Source: an uncultured archaeon (GTDB lineage Archaea; Aenigmatarchaeota; Aenigmatarchaeia; CG10238-14). From it: a DNA stretch of 39,542 bases. Shown piece by piece: positions 18,132 through 26,664 of this stretch. The stretch lies in assembly GCA_964373165.1 (NCBI GenBank), contig CAYJTF010000002.1:17162-56703 (forward strand). The letters run 5' to 3'. The notes under the pieces are model-generated. The model saw only the letters and a list, made by a program, of their open reading frames with translations, searched no databases and was not told the origin of the DNA. Every line of letters starts with the position of its first letter. Position 1 is the stretch's first letter. A program made the translations under genes and the position numbers.

Positions 18132-18545
18132 ATGACTATAGTTGCTGTTTGTTCTATAATCGAAAAAGGAAAGAAAATTTTGATACTACAAAGATCTAAA
18201 GATGATATTTATTATCCATCTATGTGGGATTTTCCAGGTGGTCAACTTAATGAGAATGAAGATATTATAGATGGTGTTAAGAGAGAAGTTAAAGAGGAAA
18301 CGAATTTAGAAATAAATATTCTATTCCCAGTAGATGTCTCAAGTAGAACGTTCACCAAGATGTATCTTGTTCTTATCACATTTGTCAGCAGTTTTAAATC
18401 AGGCGAAGTTAAACTAAGCAGTGAACATCAAGATTTTAAGTGGGTAACAGCAACAAAAAATAATAAATTAGATGGCATGACGCCACTTACAAAACGCGCT
18501 TTTTATTCATATTTGAAACTAAGGAATATTGTTAATCCACTATAA
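18132..18545 (+). CDS. NUDIX hydrolase (tandem paralog)
   Basis: Nudix box GGQLNENEDIIDGVKREVKEETNLEI. Same length and layout as the upstream gene. Confidence 0.85.
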   Translation: MTIVAVCSIIEKGKKILILQRSKDDIYYPSMWDFPGGQLNENEDIIDGVKREVKEETNLEINILFPVDVSSRTFTKMYLVLITFVSSFKSGEVKLSSEHQDFKWVTATKNNKLDGMTPLTKRAFYSYLKLRNIVNPL

Positions 18546-19563
18546 CAACATCCAATTTTTGTAAATTACAGAAATCTGTTGAAAAATTGTAAGCTCCGGC
18601 ATTTAGAAAAATTATTTTGTCTCCTATTTTAGGATTTTTGAGTTTTACGTCATATCTAAAGATATCCATTGAACATGGTGTACATCCTTTTATAACGAAT
18701 TGTTTGCCTTCTTCTAATTCGTCTTCAACTAATAATTTTGTGGGTATTAGGAGTGTATCAAGTGCCCCATTATAAATTGAAGCATCAACAACAATATTAT
18801 TGTCGTATATTGTTAGTATTTCAGTTTCAAGTTTTGTTGACGGACCAGCTAAAAATCTCCCAGGTTCTATAATGGTTTTTATTCCGTAATTATCCATGAG
18901 CCAGTTTTTCAATTCCACAATTTTTTCAAAAATAAATTTGGCATTCCTATCACTTGAATTTTTGTATTCTATAGGTATACCACCGCCAATGTTTACGACA
19001 TTTATTTTTTCAATTGTCTCTTTTTTCAATAGCTGTGATAATTCTTCTTTTAATGACCATTCGCTAGTATTCTGTGTTTTTCTATGAAAATGAATTCCTA
19101 ACCCGTCGATTTTTTTGTTATTTCTTAATTTTGGTATTAAATCATTGATTTTATCCGAACTCATTCCAAACACAAAATATTTTCCTGTATGTATTGTATA
19201 TTCCTTCAATTTCATTCTTAACAGAAGGTTGATTTTTACATTAATTTTATCTATATAATTTATCAGAGTTTCTAAATCTTTCTCATTATCGACAACAAAA
19301 TTTCTTATACCCATTTTTAGAATTTCATTTAGTTTATCATTATTCCAGGCTTGCGCTAGAAACCAGATTCTACCTTTGTCTTTGATAAAGTGTAATGACT
19401 CCATCATATGTATGCTGAAAAATGAATCCGTATTATCTTCTAATATATGAGCTATCTCCGGTAGAGTTTTCAAACTATAAGAAATATCTAATCCTAAATC
19501 TTTCAGGATTTTATACTGACTCAATAATTTAGATTTACTTACAATGAATCTTGATTTTGTCAT
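18532..19563 (-). CDS. PLP-dependent decarboxylase, Orn/DAP/Arg decarboxylase family 2 (alanine-racemase fold)
   Basis: YSLKTL (PLP-Lys region), IGGGIPIEY, EPGRFLAGP, NAGAYN. ATGA overlap with the upstream deoxyhypusine synthase. Confidence 0.7.
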   Translation of the reverse strand: MTKSRFIVSKSKLLSQYKILKDLGLDISYSLKTLPEIAHILEDNTDSFFSIHMMESLHFIKDKGRIWFLAQAWNNDKLNEILKMGIRNFVVDNEKDLETLINYIDKINVKINLLLRMKLKEYTIHTGKYFVFGMSSDKINDLIPKLRNNKKIDGLGIHFHRKTQNTSEWSLKEELSQLLKKETIEKINVVNIGGGIPIEYKNSSDRNAKFIFEKIVELKNWLMDNYGIKTIIEPGRFLAGPSTKLETEILTIYDNNIVVDASIYNGALDTLLIPTKLLVEDELEEGKQFVIKGCTPCSMDIFRYDVKLKNPKIGDKIIFLNAGAYNFSTDFCNLQKLDVVIVD

Positions 19564-20498
19564 TTTATCAATTCCTCTTCGGATAAAACATCCAACGCCG
19601 CCATCATTGTTAGAGGGAAGAATACACTAACATCACCTATGACTGTTACGGCATCCGCGTTATCTTTTATTTTGCCCCAGCTTTTCGCTTCTCTTGTTGT
19701 TGCCCCGCTCATACTGCCAGAGTACTCTCTTGCAGTTGTCATATAAACAGCATAGTCAGCGCCCCCGTTTATTAATGTTCCCAGAATAGCATGATGTTTA
19801 GATACGCCACCACCTAAAGCAATAATACCTTTCTTATCGTCGTGTGTTGAACTGAAAATTAAATTGGAGAAATCTTTAATAACATCTATCATGAAATCCG
19901 GATGATCTTGTTGGAATAGAAATAAATGAAAGCCAAACGCGCCATCTGTTATAGCAGGACAAAATATTGGAACATTCTTTTTTGCAGCTTGGTATAAAAT
20001 TGAATTTTCGTTGTTTAGCATTAGCCCAATCTCTTTTAGCAACTCACTAACAGAATATCTGTTTTTTTTCTCATAGAGTTTTCTCAACGCGTCTTTTATA
20101 TATGCTTCAAATTTTTCATAACTTTCGTTTTTGATAAATAAATTGCCTACTCTGTTCATTCCTCTTTCATGAGATGCAACATCATCAGCAGAATAACTTC
20201 CAATAATAAAATCTTCGCCAATAGCCTTCATTATATCTTCTTCTACACTTCCGACAGTTGTTATTAACGTATCAATTATACCAAGCTCAATTAATTGTGC
20301 AAAAAATCCTCTCAGTCCAGAAGTTGTCATGTTCGATGTAAACGTGAGGTATATCTTAGCTTTCTCTCTCTTCATTTTTATTATACATTCTGCAGCTTTG
20401 CCTAATTCAATTCCTTGGAACCCACAACTACTCAGATCCTTAACAAGATCTGTTATTTTCTTTCCTTTTACCCATTTGATATCTTTTACTAAAGTCAA
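19560..20498 (-). CDS. dys: Deoxyhypusine synthase
   Basis: 312 aa. GFQGIELGKAAECI, LTFTSNMTTSGLR, GGGVSKHH and the EAKSWGK catalytic-Lys region. TTG start at 20498. Confidence 0.9.
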   Translation of the reverse strand: MTLVKDIKWVKGKKITDLVKDLSSCGFQGIELGKAAECIIKMKREKAKIYLTFTSNMTTSGLRGFFAQLIELGIIDTLITTVGSVEEDIMKAIGEDFIIGSYSADDVASHERGMNRVGNLFIKNESYEKFEAYIKDALRKLYEKKNRYSVSELLKEIGLMLNNENSILYQAAKKNVPIFCPAITDGAFGFHLFLFQQDHPDFMIDVIKDFSNLIFSSTHDDKKGIIALGGGVSKHHAILGTLINGGADYAVYMTTAREYSGSMSGATTREAKSWGKIKDNADAVTVIGDVSVFFPLTMMAALDVLSEEELIK

Positions 20499-20628
20499 TC
20501 TATCACCATTTTAGAAATTTAGAATAGATATTAGCGGAATCTAATATTCAGAAAACTTAGGGAGTTTTTATTACAAACATCTTAGAAATAATTAAAGCAT
20601 AGAAATTTAAATCTTTTGTAATTTATTT

Positions 20629-21210
20629 TTATCCCAATACTCTATTTAGAATCTCATAAGTTTTTAACGAATCTTTCCTATCAACGACTATTATTGTATC
20701 TGTCCATGATGAAATAAATTCCAACACATTTATATTTTCTTCAGCAAGCACAGAAGTTATATATGCAACAACGCCAGGAACGTTTTCTATATTCTTATCC
20801 GATTTTATTGAAATCACTGTGCAGTCTGTGTTTTTCTTTAGTGTATTTTCTGTGATTTTCTCTGCTATTTCCTTCTCGGTCAAATATACAAAAAAGTTTG
20901 GCGCATTTATTTCAATTAAATGATCTTTAATTAATGGTTTGTCTGTTATTATTGCTGAATAGCCGTCGTAAACAGTAGTTTTGCTTTGTTTTAGTATTTC
21001 TAAAACCCTTTCTTCTCTGTTATGTTTTGATTTTTTCATATCTTCTGACGATCTTCTTAATGCAGCTTTAATGGCTTCAAAATTTTTAATTTTTAGCTCT
21101 TTTTGTATTTGACGTGTTAACGATGAGAGATTAGCTATATTCTTCTCTATTGCCTCTCTTATGTAAGGTTTATTCTTTAAACATATTCTAACTTCTTCTG
21201 CTATACTCAT
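20629..21210 (-). CDS. ACT-domain regulatory protein with N-terminal HTH-like region (COG2150-like)
   Basis: The C-terminal VPGVVAYITSVLAEENINVLEFISSWTDTIIVVDRKDSLKTYEIL is ACT-like. Paralog of 24772-25464. Confidence 0.55.
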   Translation of the reverse strand: MSIAEEVRICLKNKPYIREAIEKNIANLSSLTRQIQKELKIKNFEAIKAALRRSSEDMKKSKHNREERVLEILKQSKTTVYDGYSAIITDKPLIKDHLIEINAPNFFVYLTEKEIAEKITENTLKKNTDCTVISIKSDKNIENVPGVVAYITSVLAEENINVLEFISSWTDTIIVVDRKDSLKTYEILNRVLG

Positions 21211-21409
21211 AAATAAATGTTCTATTTGGTATATTTAAGTCTTATTTTGTTATACAAATGCCGCAAAATTTATATACTGTCTTAATAATATTACTATCAC
21301 AAAGTGAGAAAAATGAAACTAGAAATAAAATTAGAAAACGATTCTGTAGTGTTTAGTTTCATCGCTCTTTTTTTCAGGTTTAGACCGTAAATTCATTCAT
21401 TGGTTTCTG

Positions 21410-21548
21410 GCCCCCGTGGTCTAATGGATAGGGCACAAACTTGGTGTGAGCCTTCGGTGTTTGCCTTCTAAGGTGCGAGCTTCCTAAGTGTTTGCCTACG
21501 ATTATTGGAGATAGCTTGGTTGTATGGGTTCGAGTCCCATCGGGGGCA
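21410..21548 (+). tRNA. Intron-containing tRNA, anticodon GGU (Thr) if spliced at 37/38; 139 nt pre-tRNA
   Basis: Acceptor GCCCCCG/CGGGGGC. D arm GUCU-AAUGGAUA-GGGC. Anticodon stem CAAAC with two possible partners GUUUG (21459-21463 or 21490-21494). T arm AUGGG-UUCGAGU-CCCAU. Discriminator A. No encoded CCA. Confidence 0.75.
21447..21488 (+). other. Candidate 42-nt intron at 37/38 of tRNA(GGU)
   Basis: BHB-like. Central helix UUGG(21441-21444)/CCUA(21483-21486) has one U-U mismatch. Bulges are UGU (21445-21447) and AGU (21487-21489). Outer helix GAGC(21448-21451)/GCUU(21479-21482). Confidence 0.5.
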
Positions 21549-21560
21549 TGAGGTGATTAT

Positions 21561-22271
21561 ATGACAATTAAAATAGGATTAGCAAAAACCGGGGATGTAG
21601 ACGAAGTATTGAAAGTTGAGAATGCTGCATGGCCATCAACAGATGGGTCTATGGTGGCTGATAGAAAAAAATTTGAAATAAGACAGTCCATAGGTGGCTT
21701 ACTAGTAGCAAAACATTTAGGAGATGAGGAAAATTATTATCCCAACGAAGTCATAGGAATGATAAGTTTTCAAAGAGCTTCGTGGACAGATCATTTTACA
21801 GTTCAATATATATTAGAACACGAAAACCATAACTGGGGAGAAATAGTAAATAAACACAAATTTCCACCTACTTGGTATGCTGCAACGAATGACGGATATA
21901 TTATAAAAGATAGGACTTCTACACACGATCCTACTAGTTTAGTTGGTCATCTAATAGGAGTTGCAATACATCCTAAAGGAAGGGGAAGACAATTAGTTGA
22001 TAAGTTAATATCAGCAGCCATTTCACATATGAGATCTGAAGGACTAAAATATGCAATAGGCTATGGCAGATTACCTGCTTATCATCAATATTCAAATATA
22101 CCTATAGATCAGTATGTTAAAATGAAAAAATTAGATACAAATTTACCTTATGACTATGGTTTAAGATTTCATGTCAGAAACGGAGCAAATTTTATATGTC
22201 CAATACCTAATGCTATGTGGGACGATGAAGAAAGTTTAAGGTGGGGCGCTCTTCTAATCTATAAGTTATAA
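21561..22271 (+). CDS. GNAT family N-acetyltransferase
   Basis: LIGVAIHPKGRGRQLVDKLISAAI is an acetyl-CoA-binding R/Q-x-x-G-x-G/A type motif. A strong SD (GAGGTGA) lies 4 nt before the ATG, and the gene starts 13 nt after the tRNA. Confidence 0.6.
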   Translation: MTIKIGLAKTGDVDEVLKVENAAWPSTDGSMVADRKKFEIRQSIGGLLVAKHLGDEENYYPNEVIGMISFQRASWTDHFTVQYILEHENHNWGEIVNKHKFPPTWYAATNDGYIIKDRTSTHDPTSLVGHLIGVAIHPKGRGRQLVDKLISAAISHMRSEGLKYAIGYGRLPAYHQYSNIPIDQYVKMKKLDTNLPYDYGLRFHVRNGANFICPIPNAMWDDEESLRWGALLIYKL

Positions 22272-23039
22272 GTGATAAGAATGAATACAAATAACAAATG
22301 GATTGATGTTAATGAAATCCATAAAGATATTTTTTTAATCAAGGAGGTTTTTTATAAAGAGCACGCTAATTTATATTTTATTAAAGGTGATAACTGCAAT
22401 CTATTAATTGATACGGGCACAGGTTTAATAGACATCAAGAGAATTATAAAGAAAATTTCAAAAAACAAAACTATAGTTGTTAATACCCATTCTCATTATG
22501 ATCATATAGGATGTAATTATATTTTTGATATAGTTAAAATACATAAGTTAGGTGTAAAAAATCTTAGAAATCCCAGCAATGAAGATACTTTGATTAATTT
22601 ATTCAATAAAAACGATTTAATAACAGAACCAAGAGATTTTGTTGAATATAAGGTTTTACCTACAAGAAAAATAGAATTTTTAAAAAACGGAGATGTAATT
22701 AATTTGGGTAATTTTTCATTCAAAATAGTTTTTACGCCTGGGCATTCCAATGATAGTGTTTGTTTACTAGATGAAAATAATGAAATTATTTTTTGTGGCG
22801 ATACTGTTTATGACGGATCAATATATTATTTAAAAAATATTGAACAGTACAAAAATTCATTAAAAAAACTTTTGAAACTTAAGATAAAAACGGCTTTTCC
22901 TGGTCATAATAAGATTCTAAATTATTCAAAATATATAATAACAATACGAAAAATTTTAAACGATTTGAAATACTCAAAGAAGGTTAATAAATTTTACATG
23001 TTGAATATTAAGAGGGAGAATAGACCTGGAACTAATTAA
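22272..23039 (+). CDS. MBL-fold metallo-hydrolase
   Basis: VVNTHSHYDHIGCN (HxHxDH), TPGHSNDS, and a later CGDT...GH. An alternative ATG start is at 22281. Confidence 0.85.
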   Translation: MIRMNTNNKWIDVNEIHKDIFLIKEVFYKEHANLYFIKGDNCNLLIDTGTGLIDIKRIIKKISKNKTIVVNTHSHYDHIGCNYIFDIVKIHKLGVKNLRNPSNEDTLINLFNKNDLITEPRDFVEYKVLPTRKIEFLKNGDVINLGNFSFKIVFTPGHSNDSVCLLDENNEIIFCGDTVYDGSIYYLKNIEQYKNSLKKLLKLKIKTAFPGHNKILNYSKYIITIRKILNDLKYSKKVNKFYMLNIKRENRPGTN

Positions 23040-23145
23040 CAAAATAGAAAATGAGATCGTAGAAAAATTAGATGATATAGATATACTTAGAGGTAAGAAC
23101 ATAAAGGAAACTTTAGAAAAACCACCCCAAGAAGAGTTTGGCGAT

Positions 23146-24768
23146 TTGGCAAGTAATGTATGTTTTTCGTTAGCCAGAGAATTGAAAAAATCTCCTATGC
23201 AAATAGCTCAAGATATCGTCTCTAGAATTCAAATACCAAAAAATTCTTTGATACAGAAAATTGAAGCTAAAGGCGGATATGTTAATTTCTTTTATAATCA
23301 TCAAGAAATTTCTAAATTATTGATAAAGGAAATTTTGAGACAGGATAATAAATACGGTTCTTCTAAAATTGGCAAAGGTAAAAAAGTTATAGTTGAATAT
23401 AGTTCACCAAATATCGCAAAGCCTTTTACCATAGGTCATTTGAGGTCCACCATAATTGGCAATGCAGCTGCAAATATATTGGAATTTGCTGGATGGAAAG
23501 TTTATAGAGATAATCATTTAGGCGATTGGGGAACACAGTTCGGTAAACAAGTTTATGCAATTCAGAATTGGGGAGACGAAAAGGAACTGGATAAATCAAA
23601 AAATCCTGTTAAAGAATTAGTTAATCTTTATGTTAAATTCCATCAAGAAGCAGAAAAAAATCTTGTTTTGGAAGAAGAAGGACGTAAATGGTTCAAAAAA
23701 TTAGAGGATGGGGATCCTACAGCAAGAAGATTGTGGAAGAAATGCATCGAGTGGTCGATGAAAGAATTTAATAGAATTTATAAGCGTCTTAATGTAGAAT
23801 TTACAGAAAATAATGGAATGGGATATGGAGAATCGTTTTTTGAAGATAAGATGAAAGATGTTGTAGAGGAATTAGAGAATAAAAATTTACTCAAAGAAAG
23901 CAAAGGTGCGAAATTGATATTTTTCCCAAATGATAAATTACCACCTCTTATGATTATTAAGAATGATGGCGCGACTTTATATTCAACACGTGATTTGGCC
24001 ACAGATAAATTCAGATTGAATAAACATGGCAAAGATATTGTTGTTATAAACGAGACAGGTTATGAACAGTCTCTGTACTTCAGTCAAATATTCGCTGCTG
24101 AGGAAATGCTTGGATGGTATAAAAAGGGACAGAGATATCATTTGAAACATGGTATGTTTAGATTCAAAGAAGGCAAAATGTCAACAAGAAAGGGTAATGT
24201 CATTTGGTTAGAAGATGTATTAGATGAAGCAGTAGAAAAAGTTAAGGAAAAAATTGAAAAATCCTCCAATGACAAATTATCGAAAAGACAAAAAATAAAC
24301 ACAGCAGAAACCGTTGGTATCGGAGCCATTAAATACTTCGATTTATCTCACGATTCGGTTAATGATATAATTTTTGATTGGGAAAGAATTTTATCTTTTG
24401 ATGGAGACACAGGTCCTTATTTACAATACGCATATGTAAGAGGAAAAAATATTTTGAAAAAAGCGAAGAAGTGGAAGGAAACCCATTCATTCGAAAAGTT
24501 GAGTAATGAAGAAAAAAAAATATTGAATAAACTTTTAGAATTACCATCTATTATTGAAAAGGCATCAAAAGAACTGAAACCGAATTATATATGCAATTAC
24601 GCTTATGAACTATCTGATTTATTCAATACTTTTTATCATATGCATCCTGTACTGCAGATACAGGATAAAAATTTGAAAAATTTTAGACTGACTTTGGTCA
24701 AAGCATTTACAATCACACTGAAAAATTGTTTGACCTTATTAGGAATAGATACGCCAGAAGTGATGTAA
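23146..24768 (+). CDS. argS: Arginine--tRNA ligase (the homologous N-terminal region continues upstream to about 23005 with no canonical start)
   Basis: SSPNIAKPFTIGHLRS (HIGH-type), the MSTRKG loop, and the C-terminal anticodon-binding (DALR-type) region. The in-frame upstream segment DLELINKIENEIVEKL...LEKPPQEEFGD looks like the ArgRS N-terminal domain. Confidence 0.95.
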   Translation: MASNVCFSLARELKKSPMQIAQDIVSRIQIPKNSLIQKIEAKGGYVNFFYNHQEISKLLIKEILRQDNKYGSSKIGKGKKVIVEYSSPNIAKPFTIGHLRSTIIGNAAANILEFAGWKVYRDNHLGDWGTQFGKQVYAIQNWGDEKELDKSKNPVKELVNLYVKFHQEAEKNLVLEEEGRKWFKKLEDGDPTARRLWKKCIEWSMKEFNRIYKRLNVEFTENNGMGYGESFFEDKMKDVVEELENKNLLKESKGAKLIFFPNDKLPPLMIIKNDGATLYSTRDLATDKFRLNKHGKDIVVINETGYEQSLYFSQIFAAEEMLGWYKKGQRYHLKHGMFRFKEGKMSTRKGNVIWLEDVLDEAVEKVKEKIEKSSNDKLSKRQKINTAETVGIGAIKYFDLSHDSVNDIIFDWERILSFDGDTGPYLQYAYVRGKNILKKAKKWKETHSFEKLSNEEKKILNKLLELPSIIEKASKELKPNYICNYAYELSDLFNTFYHMHPVLQIQDKNLKNFRLTLVKAFTITLKNCLTLLGIDTPEVM

Positions 24769-24771
24769 AGA

Positions 24772-25464
24772 CTATTTCCTAAAATTTTCTATTATCTCAT
24801 TTAATATTTCGAATGTTTTAGAAGCTTGTTCTTGAGGAACAACTATAATAACTTCCGTTAGTGTGGACATAACTTCTATTACATTTACATTATTTATTGC
24901 TAGGTTGTTCAGCAAAAAAGCATAGAATCCTGGAACAAAGGTTAATTCTGTGCTGGGTTGGTGTATTGAAACAGCAGTCAGATTATGTATGACATTTAAC
25001 ACCATTTCTTTTGGTATTAACTCCTTAATTTTATTATAATTTATCCTGTCTAAGATAATTTCTATTTCATTTCTACCTTGAACCATGAACATAACTCCAC
25101 CGTTTTTCCAATCAATTTTGCTATTAAAATCATCTACAATTTCTTGAACGGGTGGAGACTTTTGAAAGGTGAGGTCAATAATATCAGAACGGATCGATAT
25201 ACTACATTCAGAAATGCCTCTTTTTAATTTTTCCGAAATTTGTTTTTTCGTCATTTCTTTTTGATATCTAATAGCAGCGACTATGATCGATTCTTTACTA
25301 ACTTTTTTATTATACTTCTTGTTTATTTGTTGGATAAGATGTCTTGCAAGTGCTGAATAATTCAATAGATCCATTTCTAAAGCTGTTCTAATATGTGGAC
25401 TTGAATCTACCACTTCTCTTACTATTTCACTTACCGACCTTTCATTTTTTACATTTTTTAACAT
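24772..25464 (-). CDS. ACT-domain regulatory protein with N-terminal HTH-like region (paralog of 20629-21210)
   Basis: VPGFYAFLLNNLAINNVNVIEVMSTLTEVIIVVPQEQASKTFEIL. I moved the start to ATG 25464 (MLKNVKNERS...) because the first 15 track codons lie in promoter-like AT-rich DNA and the paralog aligns from this point. Confidence 0.55.
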   Translation of the reverse strand: MLKNVKNERSVSEIVREVVDSSPHIRTALEMDLLNYSALARHLIQQINKKYNKKVSKESIIVAAIRYQKEMTKKQISEKLKRGISECSISIRSDIIDLTFQKSPPVQEIVDDFNSKIDWKNGGVMFMVQGRNEIEIILDRINYNKIKELIPKEMVLNVIHNLTAVSIHQPSTELTFVPGFYAFLLNNLAINNVNVIEVMSTLTEVIIVVPQEQASKTFEILNEIIENFRK

Positions 25465-25535
25465 AAGTGTTATATATATAACATAATGTATAAATATAAA
25501 ACATTTCATATTGTTGTTACAAAGAAGTGAGGATA

Positions 25536-25943
25536 ATGATTTCGAATAAGATATGCATAGTATTGAGCGAAAATTTGCCTACGGGCGTCGCATTAAATAC
25601 GATTGCACATTTAATGGCGAGTTTTGGGTGTTACATGAAAAATATAATCGGACAGGAAGTTAGAGATAAATCAGGAAATTTGCATAAAGGAATCCCAGTT
25701 TATCCGAATGTAGTATTGAAAGCTAAAGAAAAACAAATTAAAGAAATATTAGAAATAGCAAAAAAGGAAGAAATATTTTATATTGATTATCCTGAGGAAG
25801 GTTATACTACATATACTGATGCAGAATTTGTAGGGAAAGTATCACAACACACAAAAGATACGATCAAATATATAGCGATAGCTTTGTTTGGTGATAAAGA
25901 AAAAATCAATGAATTAACTAAGAAACTAAGTTTATGGGGATGA
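25536..25943 (+). CDS. DUF2000-like protein (peptidyl-tRNA-hydrolase-2-like fold family)
   Basis: KICIVLSENLPTGVALNTIAHL... and ...YIAIALFGDKEKINELTKKLSLWG fit my recollection of the DUF2000 pattern. SD GAGG lies 3 nt before ATG 25536. Confidence 0.5.
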   Translation: MISNKICIVLSENLPTGVALNTIAHLMASFGCYMKNIIGQEVRDKSGNLHKGIPVYPNVVLKAKEKQIKEILEIAKKEEIFYIDYPEEGYTTYTDAEFVGKVSQHTKDTIKYIAIALFGDKEKINELTKKLSLWG

Positions 25944-25954
25944 TGTGATGATAT

Positions 25955-26659
25955 ATGGAATTTAAAATAGAGACGGAAATATTCGAAAAATTTCAAGGGT
26001 TGAACATAGGTGTGATTATTGCCAAAAATATAGATAATACTGGGGAGTCTAAACAGATAATTAATGCAATAACGGAAGAAGAAAAAAGAATAATAAAGGA
26101 ATTTGACACTGAGAGTTTATCTCAAAACCCAAAAATAAATGTATGGAGAAAGGCATATTCTACATTTGGAGCTAAGCCGAAAGAACACCGATCTTCTGTT
26201 GAGAATCTTTACAGACTGATATTAAAAGAAGTGAAATTGAAACACATCAATAATCTTGTTGACATTTACAATTTTATATCTATAAAATATATGCTTCCTG
26301 TCGGAGGTGAAGATTTAGATAAAATGAAAGGCGATGTTATTCTAACCTTTGCAAATCGAAACGAAACCCCTGTTTTGTTATTAGGCGATAAAGAACCAAG
26401 ATCGCCGCATGAAGGAGAAGTTATTTACAAGGATGAAATTTCTACTATATGCCGAAGATGGAACTGGAGAGAGGCGGATAGAACGAAACTTACTGAAGAA
26501 ACAAAAAATTGTATTTTAGTTATAGAGGGTCTGTCGCCAGTTACAAAGGGAGAGATAGAAACTGCTGTTCGAGAACTAAAAGAATTAGTTGAAAGGTATT
26601 GTGGCGGTAATGTAGTCTATTATGTACTTAATGAAAATGGAACTGAAGTTTCAATTTAG
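25955..26659 (+). CDS. B3/B4 tRNA-binding-domain protein (PheRS-beta B3_4-like, stand-alone)
   Basis: VWRKAYSTFGAKPKEHRSSVENLYRLILKE, NNLVDIYNFISIKYMLPVGGEDLDK, and GEVIYKDEISTICRRWNWREADRTKLTEETKN. Confidence 0.7.
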   Translation: MEFKIETEIFEKFQGLNIGVIIAKNIDNTGESKQIINAITEEEKRIIKEFDTESLSQNPKINVWRKAYSTFGAKPKEHRSSVENLYRLILKEVKLKHINNLVDIYNFISIKYMLPVGGEDLDKMKGDVILTFANRNETPVLLLGDKEPRSPHEGEVIYKDEISTICRRWNWREADRTKLTEETKNCILVIEGLSPVTKGEIETAVRELKELVERYCGGNVVYYVLNENGTEVSI

Positions 26660-26664
26660 ATATT

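Noticed and set aside
20495-20555. Out-of-frame ATG (20509) giving MVID-stop that overlaps the TTG start of dys, and an imperfect inverted repeat ATATTAG-n6-CTAATAT (around 20527-20550)
   Set aside because: The DHS N-terminus aligns well from the TTG start, so no missing domain needs explaining. The mini-ORF and the 7-bp inverted repeat fall within chance expectation for AT-rich intergenic DNA.
21443-21500. Tandem 13-16-nt near-repeats considered as a minisatellite or degenerate CRISPR-like array
   Set aside because: They lie entirely within a tRNA gene between the anticodon loop and the variable region. There is no repeat-spacer periodicity of CRISPR size and no cas genes. I interpret them as intron or duplicated exon sequence.
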